The position numbers and the translations under genes are program-made. Positions 51,808-61,541 of a stretch of DNA of 64,000 nt are shown here, one piece after another. The stretch comes from a virus. Taxonomy: Duplodnaviria > Caudoviricetes. A model generated the notes under the pieces. The model was not told where the DNA came from and did not search any database. It saw only the letters and a list, made by a program, of their open reading frames with translations. How positions within the stretch are numbered: the stretch's first letter is position 1; the number at the start of each line of letters is the position of its first letter. The stretch spans positions 1-64,000 of the IMG/VR virus record IMGVR_UViG_3300042396_000691, one strand, 5' to 3'.

Positions 51808-53271
51808 ATGAACGATGTTGCGTCTGAAAGAGTTATATTGGCTGCTCTTTTTCAAAAGGGTTATGATTGCTATATTGAAATTTGCGATATTGTTGATGAA
51901 AACAGTTTTAGTTCTGATGAAACATCTGCGATATATAAGTGCTTGGTAAAAATAGTAAATGAAAAAGATTCAAAAGCTGATATACCATCAATTATAGCCG
52001 TAGCAAATTCTTTAAAAATACAGCAGTTTTTTCAAAAAGATGATCAAGCTAAATATCTTAGATCTTTGACATTATTGCCAGTTGAAATAGTTAATGCTAA
52101 AAAAGCAGCAGCAAAATTAAAAAAGATGCAAATTGCTAAGACTTTAGCTTACAACTTATCTAATTGTGCAAATGAGCTTTTGGGCATGACAGGTGACGAA
52201 CCTATTTCGCAAATAGTTTCTCTTGCAGAAGCAACTGTTTTAGATCAAACTTTTAAAATTTCGAATGCAGAAGATCCAACCCCAAAAGAAATATCTGAAG
52301 GTCTAGATGAATATGTAAAGTTTTTAGAAGATAATCCAATATCTCAACTTGGCATTTCATCTGGATTTAAAGTTTACGATAGGGCTATTGGTGGCGGTCT
52401 TAGACCTGGCACAGTTAATTTGATTGGTGCAAGAATGAAAACAGGCAAATCATTTTTTGCAGATAATGTTGCAATGAATGTTGCTAAACAAGGTATACCT
52501 GTCTTAATGTTTGACACTGAAATGACAGCGAAAGATCATTGGCATAGATTATTAGCTTGTATTGGAAATATTAAAATTGAGGAAATTGAAAATGGTTCTT
52601 TTTCAAAAGATTCCTCAAAAAAGAAAAGGGTTCACGATGCTTCAAAAGCATTGAAAGATATGCCGTTTAAGTATAAGTCTATTGCTGGAAAAAGCTTTGA
52701 TGAAGTTTTAAGTCTTGCTAGAAGATGGGTTATAAAAGATGTTGGTTTAGATGATTTTGGTAAAGCAAAGCCATGTTTGATAGTTCTAGACTATATAAAA
52801 TTGATGGATGATGGAACAATATCAAAAAACATTGCTGAATATCAAGCGTTAGGTTTTTTAATGACAAGCCTTCACAATTTTATGGTTCAGTATGGTGTTG
52901 CTTGTTTAGCCTTTACTCAATTAAATAGAGATGGCATAACAAGAGAGGATACAGATGTTGCATCAGGTTCCGATAGAATTTTGTGGTTGTGCAGCAATTT
53001 TTCAATATATAAGCGTAAAACAGAAGAAGAAATGGCAGATGAAAGTGTTTCTCAGAATAATGTTTCATATAATTTAAAACTAATACCAGTTGTTGCAAGA
53101 CATGGCAAAGGTATTGATGCTGGTGATTATATAAACATATCTGCAAATTATGAATATGGAAGAATAACAGAAGGACCAACTAGAAATGAATTTCATCAAC
53201 TTAGATCAACAAGAATTAATAACGGTTTTCAAATAGAGGAATTACCAGATGAAATCTCAGCAACAAATTGA
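51808..53271 (+). CDS. dnaB: Replicative DNA helicase
   Basis: SERVIL, Walker A ARMKTGKS, DTEM, LDYIKL, QLNR. Confidence 0.92.
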   Translation: MNDVASERVILAALFQKGYDCYIEICDIVDENSFSSDETSAIYKCLVKIVNEKDSKADIPSIIAVANSLKIQQFFQKDDQAKYLRSLTLLPVEIVNAKKAAAKLKKMQIAKTLAYNLSNCANELLGMTGDEPISQIVSLAEATVLDQTFKISNAEDPTPKEISEGLDEYVKFLEDNPISQLGISSGFKVYDRAIGGGLRPGTVNLIGARMKTGKSFFADNVAMNVAKQGIPVLMFDTEMTAKDHWHRLLACIGNIKIEEIENGSFSKDSSKKKRVHDASKALKDMPFKYKSIAGKSFDEVLSLARRWVIKDVGLDDFGKAKPCLIVLDYIKLMDDGTISKNIAEYQALGFLMTSLHNFMVQYGVACLAFTQLNRDGITREDTDVASGSDRILWLCSNFSIYKRKTEEEMADESVSQNNVSYNLKLIPVVARHGKGIDAGDYINISANYEYGRITEGPTRNEFHQLRSTRINNGFQIEELPDEISATN

Positions 53272-54364
53272 TTTTAAACTAGCAAATAAAATAATTTCAA
53301 AAAATATAGATGTTGTTTTAAATCACTTCGATATTGAATTAAATTATACGGATGCTTATCTTTCTGGCCCATGCCCAATACATGGTGGAGATAATAAGAC
53401 TGCATTTAACATTTTTACATCTGGTAATACGCATGTTGGAAATTGGATATGTTACACGCACCATTGTGAAAAAAGTTTTATAAATAACACCATTGGTTTT
53501 ATTAGAGGATTGATAAGTCATAGTAAATATAATTGGTCAAAATCTGGAGATAAAATAGCATCATTTGCAGAAACATTGTACTTAATAAAAAGCTTGTACG
53601 ATTTTTCAATTGATGATAATTTATCTACAAATAAACCTAAAAACATATTAGAATCTTCTGCATTTACAAAGACCACAAAAGAAAAACAGGATAAGTGGAG
53701 TAAGACTTCTGTAAGATCAAGCTTGTCAATACCATCTAAGTATTATCTTTCTAGGGGCTACACTGAAGAATGCTTAAATAATTATGACATAGGAGAGTCT
53801 AATTCCTCTATTGGAATATTTAAAGATAGGGTAGTTGTTCCAGTCTATGACACAGATGGAAAATTTATAGTTGGATTCACAGGAAGAACAAAGTATAAAA
53901 AGTGTGAAGCATGTAAACATTATCATAAACAAGAAGCTAGTTGCAATGGTTATGTTCATATGTCTAAGTGGTGTCACAACAAGGGTTTTTCTAAGAAAGA
54001 CTATTTATATAATTATAATTTTGCGATTGAGTCTATTAAAAAAACTGGCGTTGCCATATTGGTAGAAGGACCAGGAGATGTTTGGAGAATTACTGAATCT
54101 GGAATTAAAAATTCATTAGCTGTATTTGGATCTTCTTTAACAGATGCACAGCAGATTTTATTAGAGTCATCTGGAGCTTTGCACTTAATCCTACTGTTTG
54201 ATTCAGATGAGGCTGGTTTAAAGGCTGGCAATAGCATAGAATCTTCTCTTGGTAGAATGTTCAAAATAATTAAGCCAAAATTGCCGAATGGCTTTAAAGA
54301 TATTGGTGAGATGAGTGTGGATGATGTTAAAAGTTTTTTACTCCCTATTATGGAAAAGCTGTGA
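53249..54364 (+). CDS. dnaG: DNA primase
   Basis: CPIHGG Zn finger, DRVVVP, GFTGR, Toprim VEGPGD and FDSDEAG. Confidence 0.92.
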   Translation: MKSQQQIDFKLANKIISKNIDVVLNHFDIELNYTDAYLSGPCPIHGGDNKTAFNIFTSGNTHVGNWICYTHHCEKSFINNTIGFIRGLISHSKYNWSKSGDKIASFAETLYLIKSLYDFSIDDNLSTNKPKNILESSAFTKTTKEKQDKWSKTSVRSSLSIPSKYYLSRGYTEECLNNYDIGESNSSIGIFKDRVVVPVYDTDGKFIVGFTGRTKYKKCEACKHYHKQEASCNGYVHMSKWCHNKGFSKKDYLYNYNFAIESIKKTGVAILVEGPGDVWRITESGIKNSLAVFGSSLTDAQQILLESSGALHLILLFDSDEAGLKAGNSIESSLGRMFKIIKPKLPNGFKDIGEMSVDDVKSFLLPIMEKL

Positions 54365-55008
54365 TACAAAAAATAATTGGGTTCTCTGGAAAAAAGGGTT
54401 CTGGCAAAGATACTATTGCTGGATTTCTTTCATTTAATTCTGTGGCTCTTTTTGGTTGTAGGTCATCCATTTATTCTTTTGCACAACCAATGAAAAAAAT
54501 AGCTATTGATTTTTTTGGCTTAAAGCACAAACAAGTTTTTGGATCATTTGAAGATAAAAAAACTTTGACAAACTATTTATGGGAAGATCTTCCACATTAC
54601 GAAGAAATTAAAATTCGAGAAGAAGTAGCTCCAACAGGTAAAATGACAGCTAGGGAATTTTTGCAGGAATTTGGAACTGGTATAGCCAGAAGAATGTGTA
54701 AAGATGTACACATAAATGCTTGTTTTAACGAAATAAGAAATAGTAATTGTCCATTGAATTTTATTACTGATGCAAGGTTTGAAAATGAAGTAGATAGCAT
54801 TAAAGCAAACGGTGGAATTGTTATAAGATTAACAAAAAGTACAGAAGACGATTATCACATAAGCGAAAATGAGTTGAACAGTAGTGAAAAATTTGATATT
54901 GTTCTAGACAATCAAAAAATGACAAAAGAAGAACAAAAAGTAGAAATTTTAAAAATTCTTAAGAAATTAGATTGGATAAAGAGTGATTATAACTTACTTA
55001 AGGTCTAG
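54361..55008 (+). CDS. Deoxynucleoside monophosphate kinase
   Basis: GFSGKKGSGKDT, SFAQPMK, REFLQEFGT, ITDARFENE, HISE. Confidence 0.9.
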   Translation: MIQKIIGFSGKKGSGKDTIAGFLSFNSVALFGCRSSIYSFAQPMKKIAIDFFGLKHKQVFGSFEDKKTLTNYLWEDLPHYEEIKIREEVAPTGKMTAREFLQEFGTGIARRMCKDVHINACFNEIRNSNCPLNFITDARFENEVDSIKANGGIVIRLTKSTEDDYHISENELNSSEKFDIVLDNQKMTKEEQKVEILKILKKLDWIKSDYNLLKV

Positions 55009-56011
55009 TTCTGTATCATCATACTCTTGGTGTCAGCACAAGTATTGGTTAACCTACAATCTTGGGTTTAAGGATGATTCCAATAAAAAGGCAGAAAAAG
55101 GCAATGTTGTACATAAGGGTTTAGAATTGTTGGCAAATAAAAAGCTTTGCCTACAAAATGGAACAATTTCGTTCTCTGATTCTGAATTGGGTATGGAATT
55201 TATAACATCAGAAATGTCACCAGAAACAGCAATATTGGCTGGTTTTAATCATTATAAAAACAAAAGCACACATGAGTGGACAGATGTTGATTTTAAAGAA
55301 TGTACTAAGTGGTTGTGGGATGTTCTATTATTTAATAATGGCATGTTTTCACCACTAACTAGAAATATTGTCATGCCAGAACAGTATTTTGACATTGAAA
55401 TTGATAAGCCTTGGGCAAATTATGATTATTTTCTTCCAGATGGGCAAATAATTTCTGGAAAGTTACGAATAAAAGGAACTATGGACTTAATAACAAGAGT
55501 TGATTCAAAAACGGTAGAATATGTTGATTGGAAAACAGGGGAAAGAAAAAATTGGTCAACAGGAAAAGAAAAGGGTTATGATGATTTGTACAATGATTTT
55601 CAGCTTAGATTATACCATTATGCTTTAAATGAGTTGTACCCAAATGAAAACATGATAATTATGACAATATTTTTTGTTAAAGCTGGTGGACCATTTTCTT
55701 TGTGTTTTCAAAAAGACGACATAAAAACAACTGAAGAAATGATTAAAAAAGAATTTGAAAAAATTAAGAATTGCAATAGACCATCAAGGATAATAGACTA
55801 TGGAAAAGATAAGTGGAAATGCATTAGACTTTGCAGCTTCTACAAAGATAAACATAAGGATTCTGAAAATGAATCGATATGTGATTATATGCATCAAGAA
55901 TTAATACAACTTGGTATTAATAATGCGTATGTTAAACACGCCAAAAAAGATACCGTAAAATCTTATGGCGATGGTGGTGGTCAATCTAATAGGGAGAATC
56001 AAAATGGCTGA
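54983..56011 (+). CDS. PD-(D/E)XK exonuclease (RecB/Cas4-like)
   Basis: C..KY, KGNVVH, GTMD, VDWKTG, FQLRLY, C-terminal Cys residues. Confidence 0.85.
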   Translation: MIITYLRSSSVSSYSWCQHKYWLTYNLGFKDDSNKKAEKGNVVHKGLELLANKKLCLQNGTISFSDSELGMEFITSEMSPETAILAGFNHYKNKSTHEWTDVDFKECTKWLWDVLLFNNGMFSPLTRNIVMPEQYFDIEIDKPWANYDYFLPDGQIISGKLRIKGTMDLITRVDSKTVEYVDWKTGERKNWSTGKEKGYDDLYNDFQLRLYHYALNELYPNENMIIMTIFFVKAGGPFSLCFQKDDIKTTEEMIKKEFEKIKNCNRPSRIIDYGKDKWKCIRLCSFYKDKHKDSENESICDYMHQELIQLGINNAYVKHAKKDTVKSYGDGGGQSNRENQNG

Positions 56012-56702
56012 TTGGAGATGGGAAGACATTGTTTTTACTAACAAAAAAGAAGAAGTTGGAACAACACCAACTCCTGCACTAGAAATTGTTAAATATGAAC
56101 CTAAATACAATGGTGAAAAGGTTCTTGTTTTTAAAAATGAATTATTGAAAAATGATTCGTTTCAAGGATTCATTACTGGAGTTGAAGCAAAAAATTTACG
56201 AGATAAAATTCTTTCGACAGATAATATGTTTTATATTGATCGTGATATTGCAGAAAACGACAAATCTTATAAACAGGTTATACCATACTGTTTGATCAAT
56301 CGTGGAGATTCAACATTTTGTTATCAAAGATCTAAAAAAGGATCTGAAAATAGATTGCATGATTTATGGTCATTGGGTATTGGTGGACATGTTAATCCAT
56401 GTGATGGATTAAATGGTGAAACTATCACTAATGCATGTAAAAGAGAAATTGAAGAAGAAGTTGAGTTTTCCAATTTGAGAAATGCACACTTTATTGGATT
56501 GATAAACGATGACTCAAATGATGTAAGCTCTGTTCATTTTGGGGTTGTTTATAGTGTCAATCTTCAAGATCATTCAACTTTTAAAGTTAAAGAAGAAGCA
56601 TTAGCAGAAGGTTCTTTTGTTAAAAAAGAAATCGTTAAAGTTGAAGAAAAGAACTGGGAAAATTGGTCTAGTTTAATTGTAAAAGAATATTTAAGAAAGT
56701 AA
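56004..56702 (+). CDS. Nudix hydrolase (YmaB-like)
   Basis: AEND..YKQVIPY, GIGGHVN, REIEEE, VHFG. Confidence 0.85.
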   Translation: MADWRWEDIVFTNKKEEVGTTPTPALEIVKYEPKYNGEKVLVFKNELLKNDSFQGFITGVEAKNLRDKILSTDNMFYIDRDIAENDKSYKQVIPYCLINRGDSTFCYQRSKKGSENRLHDLWSLGIGGHVNPCDGLNGETITNACKREIEEEVEFSNLRNAHFIGLINDDSNDVSSVHFGVVYSVNLQDHSTFKVKEEALAEGSFVKKEIVKVEEKNWENWSSLIVKEYLRK

Positions 56703-56720
56703 TTTTTTTAGGAACAGCAC

Positions 56721-58634
56721 ATGAATAATTGGACAGCACTACATTGTCATTCTCATTACAGTCTTTTAGATGGTTTAACAAAGCCAGAATCTATGGCAAA
56801 AAGAGCCAAAAGCCTTGGACACAAGTCTATAGCTCTTACTGATCATGGAACTATTTCTGGCTCTATTTCTTTTAATAAGGCATGTGTTGCAGAAGAAATA
56901 AAACCAATAATAGGATGCGAGTTTTACATATGTAATCAAAGTGCTTTAATTCATGATAAAACTAATTCTAAAAATTCTCATTTGTGCGTTCTTGCTAAAA
57001 ATATTTCTGGCTGGTCTGAGCTTATAAAGCTATCATCTTTATCAAATAATAAAGATTATTTTTATTATAAGCCTAGACTAAGCTTGGAAGATTTTGCACC
57101 ATACTCAAAAAACCTAATAGCATTCTCTGGACACCCAGGAACCCAATTGGCTAGATGCATTTTTCCAGATGAAGCATATAAATGTTCTAGTCCAGAAGAA
57201 GCAAGAGCTTTAATTAAAGATGATTGGTTTGAAGAGTCTAAAAAGCTATGTTCTAAACACCAAGATATTTTTGGCAAGGAAAACTTTTTTATTGAAATAC
57301 AGCTTTTCGATAAAGACAACCTACACTGTTCTGTAGTCCTTGCTGAATGTCTTAGGAAACTATCCAAGGAAACTGGTATTAAGGCAATAGCTACTCCTGA
57401 TGCTCATTACGCTAAACAAGAGGATGCTTCTGATCAAAGAATAATATTATGTGCATCTATGGAAACAACTCTTTCTAAAGTAAGATCGTCTTTAGACAAA
57501 CATGAAGATTTTGGATTGTCTAGCTTTTTTAAATCAAACAGGTATTACATTCCATCTACTGAAGAAATTTTAGCTCTTCATGAACCAGAAGAGTTAAAAA
57601 ATTGTTTGTTGATTGAAGAGATGTGCGAAAATTATTCTTTAACAAAAAAATCTGTTTTGCCAAGTTTTGAGTGTCCAGAAAGTAAAAATGAACATGATTA
57701 CTTAAGAGAACTTTGTAGAAATGGGTGGAAAGAAAAGTTTTCAGATTTAGAAAAAGATTCATCAAAGTTTGAAAGCTATGTTGGAAGAATTAAAAATGAG
57801 CTTTCTGTTATAGGCGATGCTGGCCTTGAAGGTTATTTTTTAATTGTTCAAGACTATTGCAATTGGGCTAGAAAACAAGGGTGGTTAACAGGAAGAGGTC
57901 GTGGATCAGGTGCTGGTTGTATGATTTCTTATTTGCTTGGAATAACTCAAGTAGATCCAATCGAGCATAATTTAGTTTTTGAGCGTTTTTACAATGCTGG
58001 AAGAAATGTTCCAGGTCATGTAAGTCTTCCAGATATAGATTGTGATTTTCCAATCACCAAAAGAGACAAGGTTATTGACTATATTAAATCAAAGTATAAC
58101 GAAGAAAATGTTTCGCAAATGATAACATACAGTAGGATGCAGGGCAGGGGTGCTTTAAAAGATGTTTTAAGGGCACATGGTTTCTCTTTTGATGAAAGTA
58201 ATGCTATTACAAAAAACATACCTGATGAAGCTGAAATATCTGAACAGCTTCAAGAAATGAAGGAAGATGGTGGAGAATCATCAATCATTGGTTGGGCATT
58301 AGAAAATATCCCTTCAAAGCTTAAAGATTATTGTCAGATAGACGAACAGGGCAATATAACAGGAAAGCTATCAAAAGAGTTTGCACAAGCAATTAGGCTT
58401 GAGGGAACAAAGCGTAGCCAAGGAAAACATGCTGCTGGAATTGTCATAAGTCATACACCTTTAAAAGATATATGCCCTATGATTTACGATAAAAAGAATA
58501 AGCAAATGATTGCTGGTCTTGAAATGTCAGATCTTGAATCAATTGGTTTAGTTAAGTTTGATATTTTAGGGGTTGCAGTTTTAGATAAAATAATGGGGTG
58601 CATAAATTTATTGAAAGGAAAAGAAAATGAGTGA
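56721..58634 (+). CDS. dnaE: DNA polymerase III alpha subunit, N-terminal part (PHP, palm, thumb)
   Basis: LHCHSHYSLLDG, ALTDHG, GRGSGAG, FERF, PDIDCDF, HAAG, ends after KFDILG. Confidence 0.93.
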   Translation: MNNWTALHCHSHYSLLDGLTKPESMAKRAKSLGHKSIALTDHGTISGSISFNKACVAEEIKPIIGCEFYICNQSALIHDKTNSKNSHLCVLAKNISGWSELIKLSSLSNNKDYFYYKPRLSLEDFAPYSKNLIAFSGHPGTQLARCIFPDEAYKCSSPEEARALIKDDWFEESKKLCSKHQDIFGKENFFIEIQLFDKDNLHCSVVLAECLRKLSKETGIKAIATPDAHYAKQEDASDQRIILCASMETTLSKVRSSLDKHEDFGLSSFFKSNRYYIPSTEEILALHEPEELKNCLLIEEMCENYSLTKKSVLPSFECPESKNEHDYLRELCRNGWKEKFSDLEKDSSKFESYVGRIKNELSVIGDAGLEGYFLIVQDYCNWARKQGWLTGRGRGSGAGCMISYLLGITQVDPIEHNLVFERFYNAGRNVPGHVSLPDIDCDFPITKRDKVIDYIKSKYNEENVSQMITYSRMQGRGALKDVLRAHGFSFDESNAITKNIPDEAEISEQLQEMKEDGGESSIIGWALENIPSKLKDYCQIDEQGNITGKLSKEFAQAIRLEGTKRSQGKHAAGIVISHTPLKDICPMIYDKKNKQMIAGLEMSDLESIGLVKFDILGVAVLDKIMGCINLLKGKENE

Positions 58635-58896
58635 AAAAGAAGAAATTGAATTAATAGCAAAACTGGTATCTCAACAAATGGGATTAGTTCAAGCTCTCTC
58701 AGAATGTCAAAATTCAAAAAGTCAACTTTCTTTACAATTTATAAAAATACTTAAAGCCATTGTATTAAAAAACAATGGTGATTTTGTTATAGAAAAAGAA
58801 TTTTTTGATTCTGCTGATGACAATGACTTTAAATTAGATATTACAACTGATGAAGAAGAATCGATTATTTTACAATTTACAGAGAATGAGGAATAA
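58627..58896 (+). CDS. Small acidic hypothetical protein between the dnaE halves
   Basis: Overlaps the dnaE-N stop, RBS AAAGGA. Confidence 0.6.
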   Translation: MSEKEEIELIAKLVSQQMGLVQALSECQNSKSQLSLQFIKILKAIVLKNNGDFVIEKEFFDSADDNDFKLDITTDEEESIILQFTENEE

Positions 58897-59535
58897 ATGT
58901 ATAGCAATACAATTATGGTTTTTGATTTTGAAACTGGATCTTTAGATATAAATAAGTGCGAAGTTATTCAAGTTGCAGCTATGGCAATAAACAGAAAAAC
59001 CCTTGAACCAATCAAAGATGGTATTTTTGAAACATTGATAAAGCCAAGAGATTTTAACAATCTTCAAGATGAAGCTCTTGCAATAAATAAAAAGACGAGA
59101 GAAGAATTGAAGCTTGCACCAAGCATTGATGCTGTTTGGAAAAAGCTTGCAGATTTTATTTCTATGTTTAATAACGGCAAAGGAAATATCTCTGCACCAA
59201 TTCCAGCAGGAAAAAACATAAGGCATTTTGATATGCCTATTTTTCAAAGGGTTTGCTCAGAGCTTGGCTATGTAGATAAGAATGGAAATCAAAATTTGTT
59301 AAATAGAAGGAACATGTATGACCTTGATGAAATAATGATGTTGTGGTTTGATAACACTACAGTAGTTCCAAATTACAAGATGGATACACTTAGAGACTTT
59401 TTTGGATTATCTAAGGCTAATGCTCATGATGCTTTAACCGATGTTTTGCAGACTTCTGATATTATTTTGCACTTTTTAAAGTTGCACAGAAGCATTTTTC
59501 CAAAGATTAAATTTAAAGATGCATTTAGAAAGTAA
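58897..59535 (+). CDS. DEDDh 3'-5' exonuclease (DnaQ/epsilon-like)
   Basis: FDFETG (Exo I), NIRHFD (Exo II), AHDALTD (Exo III). Confidence 0.88.
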   Translation: MYSNTIMVFDFETGSLDINKCEVIQVAAMAINRKTLEPIKDGIFETLIKPRDFNNLQDEALAINKKTREELKLAPSIDAVWKKLADFISMFNNGKGNISAPIPAGKNIRHFDMPIFQRVCSELGYVDKNGNQNLLNRRNMYDLDEIMMLWFDNTTVVPNYKMDTLRDFFGLSKANAHDALTDVLQTSDIILHFLKLHRSIFPKIKFKDAFRK

Positions 59536-59537
59536 TT

Positions 59538-61160
59538 ATGAAATATTATAAGTTTGAATGTGGTTGTTCTTGGCCAATAATTGAAGAATCTAAGATAGAA
59601 GGTGCTTTACCCTTAATGGAAGTTGATCCATTAAAATTGCCATATTGTCAGTCAACTTGGGATTTATTTGCCAGAGGCGATACAAAAGGCGTATTCCAGC
59701 TTGAGTCAGATCTTGGTAAACAATGGAGTAAACGACTAAGGCCAAAGAACGCAGAACATTTGTCTGCTATTGGTGCATTGATTAGGCCAGGAACACTTCG
59801 TGCATTAGATGAAAACGGCATTAGTATGACCGCCCACTATTGCAAAAGAGCCAACTTTGAAGAACCAGTTGAGTCATATCATCCTGTTGTTGATGAAATT
59901 TTAAAATCAACATATGGATCATTGGTGTTTCAAGAACAGGCTATGGAGTTATCTAAGTCTGTCGCTGGCTTTACTCTGCAAGAAGCTGATAAGCTAAGAA
60001 AGGCTATGGGTAAAAAGCTTGCTAGTGAAATGGCAAAATGTAAAAAATTGTTTATTGAGGGTGCTAAAAAAGTTGAAGTTGTAAGCGAAAAACAGGCTGA
60101 AGAAATATTTAGTTGGATTGAACAAAGTCAAAGATACTCATTTAATAAAAGCCACAGTTGTTGTTATGGTTTAACTGGATACGATACTGCTTACTTAAAA
60201 AGTCATTTTCCAGTTCAGTTTTATTGCAGTTGGTTGTATTACGCAAAGGATAAGCTCGATTCTCAACTTGAGATAATGGATCTTGTTGAAGATGCAAGAA
60301 AGTTTAACATAGATGTTTTAGCACCAGATGCTTTTAAACTAAATAAAAATTTTGCAACCGATGGTTTAAATATATGGTTTGGTATCACTGATATTAAAGG
60401 CATTGGTGAATCACAATTCAATAAACTTAAAGCATCTATGGAAAAAAACAAAGATAAGTTAAATACTTGGGAAAATTTTGTAGTATTTTGTTCTGATGAA
60501 ATACCAAGTTCTACTATAATAAAACTAATATCTGTTGGTGGATTTAAAAGATATAATTCGTGTAGACAAAAACTTTTAGCGGAATATAATTCTTGGGTAC
60601 AGTTAACAGATAAAGAAAGAGAATGGATTAAAATTAATTTTACAGAATCTACTATGGCTGAATTAATATCTTCAGCAGCAAAACCAAAAAAGGAAAATGG
60701 TGGTTGCTCTAATCAAAATAGGGTTTTATTTTTAAAGGATTTGGCCAATTTGCTTATTAATCCACCATCTCCACACATTGATCTTCCTCAATGGCTAATT
60801 TGGGCAGAAAAAGATGCTTTAGGCATTTCTTTAACTTGTAATGCAATTGATTCATGCGATACTGCACAAGCCAATACCACATGTAAAGAATTTTTAAATG
60901 GAAAAACTGGTTTTATGATTTTTGGAGTGGAAATACGAAGATGCAAAGAAGTTATAACAAAAGCTGGCAAATCTCCAGGATCTAAAATGGCTTTTATGTC
61001 TATATCAGATTCAACTGGAAAAGTGGATGATGTAATATGTTTTCCAGACTCGTACAAAGATAGTTCGTCTTTGTTAAAAGAGGGCAATACTGTTTTAATT
61101 CATGGTGAAAAAAGCAGGGGTAGTGATTCTCTTTTAGTTAAAAAGGTTTTTCAAATTTAG
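59538..61160 (+). CDS. dnaE: DNA polymerase III alpha subunit, C-terminal part (fingers, HhH, OB)
   Basis: GDTKGVFQLES, LIRPG, FQEQ, LRKAMGKK, YSFNKSH, IKGIG, MAFMSISDSTG. Confidence 0.93.
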   Translation: MKYYKFECGCSWPIIEESKIEGALPLMEVDPLKLPYCQSTWDLFARGDTKGVFQLESDLGKQWSKRLRPKNAEHLSAIGALIRPGTLRALDENGISMTAHYCKRANFEEPVESYHPVVDEILKSTYGSLVFQEQAMELSKSVAGFTLQEADKLRKAMGKKLASEMAKCKKLFIEGAKKVEVVSEKQAEEIFSWIEQSQRYSFNKSHSCCYGLTGYDTAYLKSHFPVQFYCSWLYYAKDKLDSQLEIMDLVEDARKFNIDVLAPDAFKLNKNFATDGLNIWFGITDIKGIGESQFNKLKASMEKNKDKLNTWENFVVFCSDEIPSSTIIKLISVGGFKRYNSCRQKLLAEYNSWVQLTDKEREWIKINFTESTMAELISSAAKPKKENGGCSNQNRVLFLKDLANLLINPPSPHIDLPQWLIWAEKDALGISLTCNAIDSCDTAQANTTCKEFLNGKTGFMIFGVEIRRCKEVITKAGKSPGSKMAFMSISDSTGKVDDVICFPDSYKDSSSLLKEGNTVLIHGEKSRGSDSLLVKKVFQI

Positions 61161-61168
61161 GAGCAGAA

Positions 61169-61540
61169 ATGAACATTTGTAGTTTTATGGGTCGTTTAAC
61201 TAGAGAACCAGAATATGTACAATTACAAAATGGAAAAAATGTAATAAATTTTTCTATGGCTGTTAGAAACCCAAATACTGGCAATAAAGATAAAGCAGAC
61301 ACAACATTTATTGATTGTGTAGCTTGGGAAGGAACCGCTGATTTAATAAACAAGTATTTTAAAAAAGGTTCTAGGATATTAGTCCATACATCTGCAAAAA
61401 CAGATAATTGGATTGATAAAGACACCGGAAAGAATAGGTATAAAATTAAATTTCTTGTACAAAAATTTTGGTATGTAGATCAAAAACAGGAAGATGCGTA
61501 TTCAAACATTGAAAATGTTGACGAAGAAGAAGTAATCTAA
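61169..61540 (+). CDS. ssb: Single-stranded DNA-binding protein
   Basis: GRLTREPE, FSMAV, FIDCVAW, KKGSRI, acidic tail. Confidence 0.93.
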   Translation: MNICSFMGRLTREPEYVQLQNGKNVINFSMAVRNPNTGNKDKADTTFIDCVAWEGTADLINKYFKKGSRILVHTSAKTDNWIDKDTGKNRYKIKFLVQKFWYVDQKQEDAYSNIENVDEEEVI

Positions 61541-61541
61541 T

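Noticed and set aside
54983-56011. Cas4-like nuclease as evidence of a CRISPR-Cas system
   Set aside because: No repeat-spacer array or other cas genes seen. Stand-alone Cas4-like exonucleases are common in phage replication modules.
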